The notes beneath the pieces were generated by a model. The model searched no databases, was not told where the DNA came from, and saw only the letters and a program-made list of their open reading frames with translations. The translations under genes and the position numbers were made by a program. From Gemmatimonadales bacterium (lineage in GTDB: Bacteria; Gemmatimonadota; Gemmatimonadetes; Gemmatimonadales; GWC2-71-9), in contig DATIWD010000081.1 in NCBI GenBank assembly GCA_035519565.1, positions 579 to 64,578 of the forward strand: a DNA stretch of 64,000 nucleotides, in the 5' to 3' direction. How positions within the stretch are numbered: position 1 is the first letter of the stretch; each line of letters opens with the position of its first letter. Below, one piece after another: positions 1-9,080 of this stretch.

Positions 1-1053
1 GAAGACGGGATTAACGAGGAGCAATCGTTTGCCTTCCGCGGGCTCGATCCTGCGCTCCGGGTCTACACCCAGAACGTCTACGTCGGCGCCGATGTGGATG
101 CCGTGATCGCCGCCGGCGCGAGCGGCGATCAGCAGCTCTTTCTCCAGACCCTGGTCCAGGCACTCCAGACGTTCGACGCCACCGACTGGGCGACGCGCGC
201 CGGCCGGATCGCCGATGAGATTGCGCACCAACGGCCTCACGTGATCGGCCTGAACGAGATCTCCACGGTCGAGCGGAAGGGCCTCCAGCAAATCGGCCTG
301 GGCCTGGCCGACCAGCGGACCGAGTTCCTGCCGATTCTCCAGCGGGAGCTCAGCCGGCGCGGGTTGCATTACCGCACCGCAGGTCTGGTCCAGAACGTGA
401 GTGTGACCATCCCGCTCCTGATCGACAACGGACAGCCGGTGGCCTTCGTCTCGCTCACCGACTTCGACGTGATGCTGGTCGATCAGAGCCTGAAGACCAG
501 CAACGTGGTGGCCAAGAACTACCAGACCTACCTGCCGGTCAACCTGGCCGGGCTCGACCTCGCGATCCTCCGCGGCTACGTGGCGGCGGACGTCAAGGTG
601 GGGAAACAGACCTACCGGTTCGTGACCACCCATCCCGAGCCCCGGCAGCCGGTCCCGCAGATCCAGCAAGCCCAGATCGCGGAGCTGCTCGGCGACCTGA
701 GCACAGTCACCCTGCCCATCGTCGCCATGGGCGACTTCAACTCGGAGCCGACCGATCCGGCGGGATACGGGTACGACCTGATGGCCAAGGCCGGCTTCAC
801 CGATACCTGGCTGGGCCGCCTCGGCTGGCCGCAGCCCTCGGGGGCCACCTGCTGCCACGCCGCCGATCTGCGGGACAAGACACCGCTCACCCAGCGCATC
901 GACTACGTCTGGGTCAAGTCCGGCGGAGGGCTGATTGGGCCGGTGCGAATGAAGGTGTTCGGCGACGATCCCTGGGAACGCACCGACAGCGGACTCTGGC
1001 CTTCCGATCACGCCGGCCTGATCGCTCGACTGCGGATCATCGAGCGGCCCTAG
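1..1053 (+). CDS. Endonuclease/exonuclease/phosphatase (EEP) family protein, 5' end off-window
   Basis: Tracked ORF 94..1053 stays open in frame back to base 1. The upstream residues ...ALRVYTQNVYVGADVD look like the first EEP strand, so the real start is off-window. C-terminal GDFNSEP and WPSDHAGL are the EEP catalytic signatures. Confidence 0.8.
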   Translation, partial: EDGINEEQSFAFRGLDPALRVYTQNVYVGADVDAVIAAGASGDQQLFLQTLVQALQTFDATDWATRAGRIADEIAHQRPHVIGLNEISTVERKGLQQIGLGLADQRTEFLPILQRELSRRGLHYRTAGLVQNVSVTIPLLIDNGQPVAFVSLTDFDVMLVDQSLKTSNVVAKNYQTYLPVNLAGLDLAILRGYVAADVKVGKQTYRFVTTHPEPRQPVPQIQQAQIAELLGDLSTVTLPIVAMGDFNSEPTDPAGYGYDLMAKAGFTDTWLGRLGWPQPSGATCCHAADLRDKTPLTQRIDYVWVKSGGGLIGPVRMKVFGDDPWERTDSGLWPSDHAGLIARLRIIERP

Positions 1054-1075
1054 CGGAAGATCCAGAATCCACCAG

Positions 1076-1107
1076 CGGCCCCGCGCGCGAACCGGCGTGC
1101 GGGGCCG
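1076..1107 (+). terminator. GC-rich hairpin after the EEP gene (no U-tract)
   Basis: CGGCCCCGC (1076-1084) pairs perfectly with GCGGGGCCG (1099-1107). It lies 23 nt after the stop at 1053. There is no T-run, so terminator function is inferred only. Confidence 0.4.
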
Positions 1108-1158
1108 TTGGCTTGGGACCGCGCTTGCGCCGGATCGCGGGCGGGCGGAACTTCGAGC

Positions 1159-1440
1159 ATGAGCCCCGCCCTCGCCACCTGGATCGTCTGGACCGTCGGC
1201 GCCTACCTCGGAGTCGGACTGCTCTTCGCCGTTCCCTTCGTCCTGACCGGCGCCGGGCGACTCGACGAGGTGGCTCGACATGGCACCGTCGGCTTTCGCC
1301 TGGTGATCATCCCGGGCGTGGTCGCGCTCTGGCCGCTGCTCGCCCGGCGCTGGTATCGGGGCGATTCCACACCGCCCGTGGAGCACAACGCGCATCGGGA
1401 TGCCGCCGGTCCTCCGGTCTCCATCGAGGAACCGCGATGA
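1159..1440 (+). CDS. Small integral membrane protein, unknown function
   Basis: The in-frame ATG at 1159 gives MSPALATWIVWTVGAYLGVGLLFAVPF... with two hydrophobic helices. Its stop overlaps the next start (ATGA at 1437-1440). The TTG at 1108 used by the ORF track abuts the upstream hairpin. Confidence 0.55.
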   Translation: MSPALATWIVWTVGAYLGVGLLFAVPFVLTGAGRLDEVARHGTVGFRLVIIPGVVALWPLLARRWYRGDSTPPVEHNAHRDAAGPPVSIEEPR

Positions 1441-1958
1441 ACCACCGGCTCCGGCAACGGCACCGGTGGATGGTGCTCAGTCTCGCGCTGGTGCTGCCGG
1501 CTGCCTTCTTCTGGACCGTCTCCTCGCGCCGTCTCGACGCCGGGATTCACCAACTCCCGGCGGCACTCGCCGACCCTCCTCCGGGTCGAGGCGAGGTCCT
1601 CGCGGTCCGCGACATCCTGCTGGGCTCGACGATCGTGAACAGCCGGCTCCTGCTGGATAGCGCGTCTCGCCAGTTGACCCTCGAGATCACCCCCAGGACC
1701 GACCCGCGCCAGCCGGATCCGCTGCTCTACTGGTCTCCCGAAGCGCCGGAACCCGAGAGCGGAGCGGGAGTGCCGCCCGACGCCGTATTGCTTGGCAGTC
1801 TCGTGGGGACTCGGACCCGCAGCTTCCCGCTCCCCAGGGAAGCGGCCGCACAGGACGGATCGTTGCTGCTCTACAGCCTGGGGCACCAGAGTGTCCTGGG
1901 CGCCGCCAGTCTGCCGACCCAGTCACTGCTGGCGCAGGGAGCAGGCGCCAAGCCATGA
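1437..1958 (+). CDS. Hypothetical membrane-anchored protein
   Basis: ATG at 1437 inside tracked ORF 1113..1958 gives MNHRLRQRHRWMVLSLALVLPAAFFW, an N-terminal anchor. The 108 codons upstream are an Arg-rich alternative-frame read of the previous gene. There are ATGA overlaps at both ends. Confidence 0.55.
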   Translation: MNHRLRQRHRWMVLSLALVLPAAFFWTVSSRRLDAGIHQLPAALADPPPGRGEVLAVRDILLGSTIVNSRLLLDSASRQLTLEITPRTDPRQPDPLLYWSPEAPEPESGAGVPPDAVLLGSLVGTRTRSFPLPREAAAQDGSLLLYSLGHQSVLGAASLPTQSLLAQGAGAKP

Positions 1959-2992
1959 GCGCGCACTACCAGGCGGTCAACTGGAACCGGCAGAAGTACA
2001 TCTACGACGGGCTGCTGGCGGGCGGAGTCGTGGGATATCTCGCTCTGTTCGTGGGGACCAGCTTTCTCCTGCACCCGAATATCACCGCGGAAACCGCCTT
2101 CATCCGCGGGCTCGGAACGGCGGCGCTGGTGCTGCTCACCCTCATCCTCGGCATCGGTCCACTTTGCCGGATCGATCGCCGGTTCCTGCCGCTGCTCTAT
2201 AACCGCCGGCACCTGGGCGTCACCATGTTCTTGCTGGCGTTCTCCCACGCCACGTTCTCGATCATCCAGTTCCACGCCCTGGGCAACATGAATCCCCTGG
2301 TCAGCGCCCTGACCGGCACCTGGCGAGTGCCGCCCATCGATCGGTTCCCCTTCGAGCTGCTCGGCTTCCTCGCGCTCCTGATCCTGTTCCTCATGGCCGC
2401 GACCAGTCACGACTACTGGTTGGCGACCCTCACGCCCCCGGTCTGGAAGTCTGTGCACATGCTGGTCTACCTGGCCTATGGGCTGATCGTGCTCCACGTG
2501 GGACTGGGCGCGCTGCAGGCCGAGCGGCAGACGGGGCTCACACTCCTGGTTGGCGGGGGGCTCATCGTGGTCCTGGGCCTGCACCTGGTCGCCGGCTCAA
2601 GGGAGCGAGCGGGCGACCGTCCCGCTGCAGCAGAGGAGCCGGATGGATTCGTGGAAGTCTGCCGGGTGGATGACATCAAGGAGAATCGGGCCCGGATGGC
2701 GCTGGTCGGCGGCGAACGGATCGCGGTGTTCCGCTACGACGGCAGGCTGTCCTGTGTCTCCAACGTCTGCGCTCACCAGAACGGCCCGTTGGGCGAAGGC
2801 AAGATCGTGGATGGATGTATCACCTGCCCCTGGCACGGCTATCAGTATCTGCCGGACCGGGGCAGCTCGCCGCCCCCATTCACGGAACGGATTCCCACTT
2901 TCGACGTCCGAGTGCGAGACGGCCGAGTCTTCGTGAACCCCAAGCCCCATCCGCCGGGCACGCGGGTCGAGCCGGCGTTGATCACCGGGTGA
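1955..2992 (+). CDS. Ferric-reductase-like (YedZ/MsrQ-type) transmembrane domain fused to a Rieske [2Fe-2S] domain
   Basis: The N-terminal ~190 aa has multiple hydrophobic helices with conserved His (HLGVTMFLLAFSHATF, SHDYW, HMLVYLAYGLIVLHV). The C-terminus has CAHQNGPL...CPWHGYQY, which are the CxH...CxxH Rieske ligands. Confidence 0.8.
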   Translation: MSAHYQAVNWNRQKYIYDGLLAGGVVGYLALFVGTSFLLHPNITAETAFIRGLGTAALVLLTLILGIGPLCRIDRRFLPLLYNRRHLGVTMFLLAFSHATFSIIQFHALGNMNPLVSALTGTWRVPPIDRFPFELLGFLALLILFLMAATSHDYWLATLTPPVWKSVHMLVYLAYGLIVLHVGLGALQAERQTGLTLLVGGGLIVVLGLHLVAGSRERAGDRPAAAEEPDGFVEVCRVDDIKENRARMALVGGERIAVFRYDGRLSCVSNVCAHQNGPLGEGKIVDGCITCPWHGYQYLPDRGSSPPPFTERIPTFDVRVRDGRVFVNPKPHPPGTRVEPALITG

Positions 2993-2996
2993 TCCC

Positions 2997-3758
2997 ATGA
3001 CCGATCCCGATACCGACGAGTTCTACGTCGGCTATTTCCCCGTTGCGCCTCCACGGCTCGGAAAAGCCGTGCGGCGCCGGGCGCTGACCTACCTCGGCGT
3101 AGCCCTGGCCGCCGGGCTCGGTCTGGCCGGAACGCAGGGGCCCTTCGAGGTCAGCAGCTTCGAGTTCGGCGGGAACACCGCACTCGAGGGGCGGCTTCAT
3201 GCGTTTCCCTTCCCGGTGCTCGACGTGCCCCGGCCCGGGCTGACCGATCGCCGGGCCGCGTATTCACGCTATCTGCTGATGGCTCCGGGCAAGCACGGGG
3301 CCGCGAACCTGGTACAGGGGTGGGATGGCCGTTGGGTGCGGCTGAGCGGGGCCTTGATCTACCGCCAGGACCAGACCGCGATGGAGCTGATCCCGGGGTC
3401 GCTGGTGGGGGCGGAACCGAGTGAGCGGCCCGAACCGGCCGTCGAGGAAGTCGTGGGCCAGCAGACCCTGGCCGGCGAGATCGTGGACAGCAAGTGCTTC
3501 CTCGGCGTGATGAATCCCGCCAGTCAAAGCGTGCATCGCGGCTGCGCGACTCGTTGCATCAGTGGGGGGATTCCCCCGCTGCTCGTGCTCCGGGATTCGA
3601 CGGGGCCGGCGCGCTACCTGCTGCTGGTCGGTGCGCAGGGGGAGGTGATCAATGCCCGCTTGAGCGGACTGATCGGCATCCCGGTGCGGGTGAGAGGGAC
3701 CGTCCGGCGGGAAGGCAGTGAGTTGGTCATGGCCGCGGGAGAGATAACGCCCGAGTGA
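2997..3758 (+). CDS. Hypothetical single-anchor protein with a C-terminal Cys cluster
   Basis: It starts 4 nt after the Rieske gene stop. One TM segment is present (LTYLGVALAAGLGLAG). It carries C-x15-C-x3-C (CFLGVMNPASQSVHRGCATRC). I recognise no family motif. Confidence 0.6.
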   Translation: MTDPDTDEFYVGYFPVAPPRLGKAVRRRALTYLGVALAAGLGLAGTQGPFEVSSFEFGGNTALEGRLHAFPFPVLDVPRPGLTDRRAAYSRYLLMAPGKHGAANLVQGWDGRWVRLSGALIYRQDQTAMELIPGSLVGAEPSERPEPAVEEVVGQQTLAGEIVDSKCFLGVMNPASQSVHRGCATRCISGGIPPLLVLRDSTGPARYLLLVGAQGEVINARLSGLIGIPVRVRGTVRREGSELVMAAGEITPE

Positions 3759-3773
3759 AGCGACCGGACGGAA

Positions 3774-4202
3774 CTACGGCGTGGCTGCCGGTGCGCTTCC
3801 TTCCTCGAGCACGGCCACGCTGTCCACGAAGTAATTCGTGGCCGCAAAGCAGGTAGTGGGGACCCCTCGGTGTTCGCGGTAGTGAACGGTGACCTTCTTG
3901 CCGAGCAGCTGCTCCAGCTGCTTGGCGGTCGTGTCCTTCCGCACGCTGAACTCGAAGATGCTGGGAGAAACGCCGGCCACCACAAACTGGGCGACCTCTC
4001 CCTCCCAGGTCTTACAGACCCAGCCCTTGTGCGAAAACTTCAGCAGCACGCCAGCTCGGAACCCCTCGGAGTAGGCGAAGTTCAGGGTGAAGAGCGTATA
4101 CAGGGTGAAGAGGAGAATTGGCGTCAGGACGATGGTCCAGAGCACCAGCTTGGTCTTGGTCCGCCAGCCCTTCTTGGGGGGGTAGGCCGCTTCCGCCGTC
4201 AT
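3774..4202 (-). CDS. Hypothetical N-terminally anchored membrane protein
   Basis: 142-aa ORF with a TM anchor (LVLWTIVLTPILLFTLYTLFTL) followed by a soluble domain. Third-position G/C bias is strong in this frame. Confidence 0.6.
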   Translation of the reverse strand: MTAEAAYPPKKGWRTKTKLVLWTIVLTPILLFTLYTLFTLNFAYSEGFRAGVLLKFSHKGWVCKTWEGEVAQFVVAGVSPSIFEFSVRKDTTAKQLEQLLGKKVTVHYREHRGVPTTCFAATNYFVDSVAVLEEGSAPAATP

Positions 4203-4268
4203 GGCGATTAAGCTATCCGGCGCCGGCGGCCACCGTAAGGGTCGTCGGCATGGTCTCGATCGTTCGGC

Positions 4269-5924
4269 TCAGAATTGGTCGAACCGGAGCGCCGCGAATG
4301 GAAATCCCTTCTGAATGACCACCACCCATCCCTTCCCTTCTACGTCATTGGCCAACCGGTAGGCGAGATCGATCCGGAGCGGCGGCTCGCCGGCCACGCG
4401 GGAAGGACCCAGGCGCAGTCCAACACCGAAATCGGTTCCGGTCCGGCTGGGAGTCCCATCGAACCAGGCGCCGCCGTAGTCCCCAAAGGCCGCGAGACCG
4501 ATCCCCATCACGCTGAGAAACTCCTCGGTGAGGATCCACCGGTATTCGGCCGTACCGTAGAACGCGCGATTACCCGTAAAGGCGTGGGCCGGAAAGGCCC
4601 GCGGCCCGATCCCGAGTCCCAGGTCGAATTCATCACCGGGAGCGGGGTCCCTCTGCCATCCGCCGTCTCCGTGCAGGAGAATCATGTGTCGGAGTCCCGG
4701 CTGAAAGACTACGGTACCGGCGACGATGGCCGAACCAGAGTCGAGGCCGGCGGAGGAGTAGAGACCACTGGCCCGCCCCGAGAAAATCGCGAAACCGGAC
4801 GGGAGCCGCGTTCCGGTGGAGGCGATCAGGGCCGGACCGACACCGCTCCGGACGTACCCGAACTCCTGGAGTGCGACATAGGCGCCGACACGCACCGTGC
4901 TGCTGATGTCCACGTCCTCCTGATTCTTGAAGCCCAGGAAGTTGCGCACCACCAGGAATCGCGGACGGGTGGCCTGACCGAAAGGGCCGAAGGTCCCGCT
5001 GACGGTGCTGGGAATTGGTCCGGTGGATGACTGCGGCACAAAGTCGTCGCGCTTGGCATACCCGCTCAAGCCGAGACGCAGATGACCACCGGGTCTCGCG
5101 ACCGGTGCGTAGGCCGCCTCCATCTGCAACTGGGCGAACCGACGTTGCAGGGTGTCGCTGGGTACCGGCTGACCGTTAGTGTACTGAAAGATCCGGCCCG
5201 AAAAGCTGCGGCCCGTCACCCCGACACCCCAGCGTGTTTCCAGGGAATAGAACGGAGCGGCCACCGTGACCTGGGCGGCGGTCCCGTCGGAGAGATCGTT
5301 GTAGAGGGCCAGAACGCCGATCCGCCGGGCGATCAGGCGGGAGCGCGCGAAACCGACCTGCCAGCTGGAGCGGTCGGGATTCTTGCTGTAGATCAGCAGG
5401 GCCTGGGAACCGGTGCCCAGGAGGTTGCCCTCATTGGCCCCCACGGTAAACGCGATCTGGTTGCCGGTGCTCCGGAAGCTGAGCGCGAGCCGGGTGCTCC
5501 AGGCATCCTGGGTGGTGACCAGGACTTTGACCGTCGAATCGGTCCGCAGCGTGTCGATTCGGACGTCGCGGAAGATCCCCAAGGCCCTGAGGTTCCGCGC
5601 GGTCTCCGCGACCCGGGCGGAATCGTATGGCTCGCCGGCCTTGAAGAGCAGCTCGTTCCGCACCACGCCTTGCGCCGTGGTGACGTGCAGCCCGTTGGCG
5701 ACATGCGCCAGCCAGTTGCGCGCTTCGACGCTGTCGAAGACATCCTGGCGACTGATGATGACCGTGTCGATGATCGGCCTGCGGGCGGCCGGTCCCGCAC
5801 TTTCCGGCTCCTGCGCGCGGGCCGGGCCAGGCAGGAGAAGCGTGAACAGCGCCAGCGAAACCCATCGAGCGAAGAAGCGGGGGGGCCGCATGGGAGTCAC
5901 AAACAGCGAAAGGCGTACCAGCAT
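4269..5924 (-). CDS. Omp85/BamA-family outer-membrane protein (POTRA plus surface-antigen beta-barrel)
   Basis: The internal ATG at 5924 (or 5891, MRPPRFFARWVSLALFTLLLPGPARAQ) gives a signal peptide. A POTRA-like segment follows (IIDTVIISRQDVF...LRALGIFRDVRIDT). The rest is rich in alternating beta-strands and ends in a terminal F (...ALRFDQF). The 135 upstream codons of tracked ORF 4269..6329 overlap the HAD gene out of frame. Confidence 0.75.
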   Translation of the reverse strand: MLVRLSLFVTPMRPPRFFARWVSLALFTLLLPGPARAQEPESAGPAARRPIIDTVIISRQDVFDSVEARNWLAHVANGLHVTTAQGVVRNELLFKAGEPYDSARVAETARNLRALGIFRDVRIDTLRTDSTVKVLVTTQDAWSTRLALSFRSTGNQIAFTVGANEGNLLGTGSQALLIYSKNPDRSSWQVGFARSRLIARRIGVLALYNDLSDGTAAQVTVAAPFYSLETRWGVGVTGRSFSGRIFQYTNGQPVPSDTLQRRFAQLQMEAAYAPVARPGGHLRLGLSGYAKRDDFVPQSSTGPIPSTVSGTFGPFGQATRPRFLVVRNFLGFKNQEDVDISSTVRVGAYVALQEFGYVRSGVGPALIASTGTRLPSGFAIFSGRASGLYSSAGLDSGSAIVAGTVVFQPGLRHMILLHGDGGWQRDPAPGDEFDLGLGIGPRAFPAHAFTGNRAFYGTAEYRWILTEEFLSVMGIGLAAFGDYGGAWFDGTPSRTGTDFGVGLRLGPSRVAGEPPLRIDLAYRLANDVEGKGWVVVIQKGFPFAALRFDQF

Positions 5925-6712
5925 CAGAGCAGGTCCGCCAGGGAATTCAGGACCCGGTCCGGACGCACCCCGCTGCTGCCCAGTTGATCCTCTCTGAACT
6001 TGCCGGTGCGCACCAGCCATCCCCGATACCCCGCTCGCTGAGCGCCCTGGACATCGGACCAGAGGTCGTCGCCCACCATGACGACCTCCACCGATGCCGC
6101 ATCGGTTGGCCGGGGGAGCCCCGCCGCGGCCGCATGGAAGAATTCGGGGCTGGGCTTCCCGGCGACCGTCGCCGATCGAGTCGTCGCGTATTCGAGCGCC
6201 GCCACGAAGGGGCCGGCATCGAGCGCCAGGCCATCGGCCCGCTGCCAGAACCGGTCCCGCGAGAGCGCCATCAGCTCGGCCCCGGCCATGACCAGGGAGA
6301 ACGCCTCCTGAAGGAGCGCGTAGGTCCATCGTTCACCGAGGTCGCCGACCAGCACCGCCGTCGGTGGTGTGCCCCCCTCAGTTGAGGGCGCGACCCCACC
6401 CGCCAATTCCAGCCCGGTCAGGTCCTCCAGGGAACCCAGCGGGAGAAACGGGGCGATCCGCCGGTGCCCGCGCTCGGTGAGCAGCTTGACGGCGGTGAAT
6501 ATCGGCGTCTGAATGTCGGCGGCCTCCACCTCGAACCCATATGAATGGAGACGCTCGACCAGCAGGCGCCGGGGACGGCTCGAGGTGTTGGTCACCAGCC
6601 GGAATGGAACACCCTTCGCCCGGAAGGCGCGCACCAGTTCGGGAGCCCCCGGGATCGCGCCAGCCTGGGTGTACAGGGTGCCATCGAGGTCGAGGAGAAA
6701 GGCGGAGGGCAT
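5924..6712 (-). CDS. HAD-superfamily (IIA-type) phosphatase
   Basis: LLDLDGTLY (motif I), VTNTSS (motif II) and MVGDDLWSDVQGA (motif IV) are present. Its stop overlaps the Omp85 start (ATGA at 5922-5926). Confidence 0.85.
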   Translation of the reverse strand: MPSAFLLDLDGTLYTQAGAIPGAPELVRAFRAKGVPFRLVTNTSSRPRRLLVERLHSYGFEVEAADIQTPIFTAVKLLTERGHRRIAPFLPLGSLEDLTGLELAGGVAPSTEGGTPPTAVLVGDLGERWTYALLQEAFSLVMAGAELMALSRDRFWQRADGLALDAGPFVAALEYATTRSATVAGKPSPEFFHAAAAGLPRPTDAASVEVVMVGDDLWSDVQGAQRAGYRGWLVRTGKFREDQLGSSGVRPDRVLNSLADLL

Positions 6713-6802
6713 GGCGTCGGAGGAGCGGATCCCCGGCAGACAGAAGTGGAGAAATCCTCGAGGGCCCTGGTCGCGGCCGCCCCCAAGGTCAGTGGCCCGG
6801 AA

Positions 6803-7168
6803 TCAGATCCGCTCGAGCCGATCCACGGTTCGCTGGTTCCGGAGATTCCCGGTGTTGAGCGTCGTCGCCGGCTCCACCAGCATCACGTGCACCTCTTCTT
6901 CCGCCACGGGCAGGTGCTCGACGCCGCGGGGGACCACCAGGAACTCGCCTTCGTTGATCCACACGTCCCCGTCCCGGAACCGCATCAGCAATCGGCCCTT
7001 GAGGACCAGAAACAGCTCGTCTTCGGCATCGTGGTGGTGCCAGACGAACTCCCCTTGCAGCTTGACCAGCTTGATCTGGGTGTTGTTGACCTCGCCCACG
7101 ACTTTCGGGCTCCAGCGGTCCTCGAAGCTGGCCAGCTTGCGGGTAAGGTTGACGGCAGCGAGCATCAC
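6803..7168 (-). CDS. Cupin-domain protein
   Basis: 121 aa with GEFVWHHHDAEDELFLVLKG...VVPRGVEH, which is the two-motif cupin metal-binding pattern. Confidence 0.8.
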   Translation of the reverse strand: MMLAAVNLTRKLASFEDRWSPKVVGEVNNTQIKLVKLQGEFVWHHHDAEDELFLVLKGRLLMRFRDGDVWINEGEFLVVPRGVEHLPVAEEEVHVMLVEPATTLNTGNLRNQRTVDRLERI

Positions 7169-7174
7169 GACCTC

Positions 7175-8551
7175 TCAGTAGCGCCCCAGGTAGTTCTCGA
7201 TCTCCCACCGGGTCACCTGTTCGTTGTACTGCTGCACCTCCTCGCGCTTGGCCTCCAGGAAACGCTCGGTCAGGTGTTCGCCCAGCGCCGCCTTGATGAC
7301 GTCGTCCTTCTCGAAGCGGTCCAGCGCTTCATGGAGGTCCCGCGGGAGGTCATCGATCTGGTACTTCCGGCGGTCCCGGTAGCTCATCTTGAAGATGTTC
7401 CGGTTCACCGGCTCGCGGCACTCGAACTTGTTGGCCACGCCGTCGAGGCCCGCGGCCAGCTGGACGGTCAGCGCCAGGTAGGGATTACATGAGGGATCGG
7501 GCATCCGCAGCTCGCACCGGGTCCCGATCCCCCGGCGCTCGGGCACCCGGACCAGCGGCGACCGATTCCGCTGCGACCAGGCCACATTGACCGGCGCTTC
7601 GTAACCGGGCACCAGCCGCTTGTAGCTGTTGATCAGCGGATTGGTGATGGCGCAGAATCCCCGGGCGTGTTGAAGCAGGCCTTCGATGTAGCTCAGCGCC
7701 ACCCGTGACAAGCCATGCTCGGCCTTGGGGTCGGAGAAGGCGTTCTCCTTCCCCTTGAAAAGCGACTGGTGGGTGTGCATGCCGCTGCCGTTCTGCCCCA
7801 GAATCGGCTTGGGCATGAACGAGGCGATGTAGCCGTAGCGATTGGCCACGTTCCGGACGATGAACCGGCAGGTGGCGATGTTGTCCGCGGTCGACAGCGC
7901 GTCGGCGTACCGGAAGTCCACCTCGTGCTGACCCGGGGCCACCTCGTGGTGGGCGGCCTCGATTTCGAACCCCATCAGCTCCAGGTCGTTGACGATGAGC
8001 CGCCGGAGCTCCTCCCCCTTGTCGACCGGGGTCAGGTCGAAGTAGGAGGCGTCATCGTGGGTCACGGTGGTGGCGCCGCCCTGGGGATCCTTTTCGAACA
8101 GGAAGAACTCCACCTCGCACCCCGCCATCATCGCATAGCCCAACTCCTTGGCCCGGGCGATCTGGCGCTTGAGGGTCAGCCGCGGACACCCCGCGAATGG
8201 CTGCTCGTCGGGGGTGTAGATGTCGCACAGCAGCCTCCCCACCCGGCCACCCTCGTCCTCATACGGGAGGATCCGGAAGGTGTCGAGGTCGGGCTTGAGG
8301 AGCATGTCGCTCTCCTCGATCCGCACGAACCCTTCGATCGAGGACCCGTCGAACGTGATCTCTCCTTCCAGCGCCTTCTCGAACTGGCTCTTGGGCACCT
8401 CGACGTTCTTGTTGATGCCGAGGATGTCCGTAAACTGGAGTCGCAGGAAGTCGACCTTGAGCTCGGTCGACAGCCGGAGAATGTCGGCCTTGGAGGCGCC
8501 GGCCAGATGGCGTGGTGCTTCGGAGACGCCTGGACGTGACGAAGGCGGCAT
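7175..8551 (-). CDS. glnA: Glutamine synthetase (type I)
   Basis: 458 aa with FTDILG, GFEIEAAHHEVAPGQHE, NGSGMHTHQSL and NRSPLVRVP motifs, which are characteristic of GlnA. Confidence 0.9.
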   Translation of the reverse strand: MPPSSRPGVSEAPRHLAGASKADILRLSTELKVDFLRLQFTDILGINKNVEVPKSQFEKALEGEITFDGSSIEGFVRIEESDMLLKPDLDTFRILPYEDEGGRVGRLLCDIYTPDEQPFAGCPRLTLKRQIARAKELGYAMMAGCEVEFFLFEKDPQGGATTVTHDDASYFDLTPVDKGEELRRLIVNDLELMGFEIEAAHHEVAPGQHEVDFRYADALSTADNIATCRFIVRNVANRYGYIASFMPKPILGQNGSGMHTHQSLFKGKENAFSDPKAEHGLSRVALSYIEGLLQHARGFCAITNPLINSYKRLVPGYEAPVNVAWSQRNRSPLVRVPERRGIGTRCELRMPDPSCNPYLALTVQLAAGLDGVANKFECREPVNRNIFKMSYRDRRKYQIDDLPRDLHEALDRFEKDDVIKAALGEHLTERFLEAKREEVQQYNEQVTRWEIENYLGRY

Positions 8552-8732
8552 CGGCTAGCTCAACGAGAAGGAGGTCCTGAGGCTCGGGCTCAGGGAACGG
8601 GACCAGGGACGGCTGACTCGGGAAACAAGAGGAAGGATACAGCGATTGGTGCGGAGTGCTACAGGGGGCGGGCGCGCCCAGGGGACCGGGGCCGGACCCT
8701 CGCCGGGGTGCCGCCCGGGGCCCGACCCCGGC

Positions 8733-9008
8733 TCAGCTCAGGCTCTCGAGGATCCTCCACAGCTCGACCGGGCTGAACTCGTTGAACCGGTCGGCAATCT
8801 CCCGCTCGGTCCATTCCCGAAAAATCCAGCCGGTGGTCCGACGCCGAGAGCCTTCCATGAAATGCAGCCGCCCTTGCGCGGTCTCTCCCTCCCGGCGGGT
8901 CTCGAGGTACACACTCCAGCGCACCTGGCTGCGAGCGAGGTCGCCCAGGTGTCGGGCGGCGGGCGCATCGGGAATGGCGATCGGCTGTGGCTGCTGGGGC
9001 TGACCCAT
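8733..9008 (-). CDS. Small conserved hypothetical protein (possible paralogue of 23199..23432)
   Basis: 91-aa ORF with coding-like third-position bias. It has Trp/Arg-rich strands and a C-terminal helix FSPVELWRILESL, comparable to LSKEELQRLLDSS in the 77-aa protein. Confidence 0.5.
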   Translation of the reverse strand: MGQPQQPQPIAIPDAPAARHLGDLARSQVRWSVYLETRREGETAQGRLHFMEGSRRRTTGWIFREWTEREIADRFNEFSPVELWRILESLS

Positions 9009-9080
9009 GAGGCCTCCTGGCGTGCATTCACGCTAACGAATTCGCCAAACGAACGCCACAGTCTTGCCGCCTCTTTTCGA

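Noticed and set aside
5925-6329. 135-codon N-terminal extension of the Omp85 ORF
   Set aside because: It overlaps the HAD phosphatase gene out of frame and is Gly/Arg-rich. A proper signal peptide begins at the internal Met (5924 or 5891).
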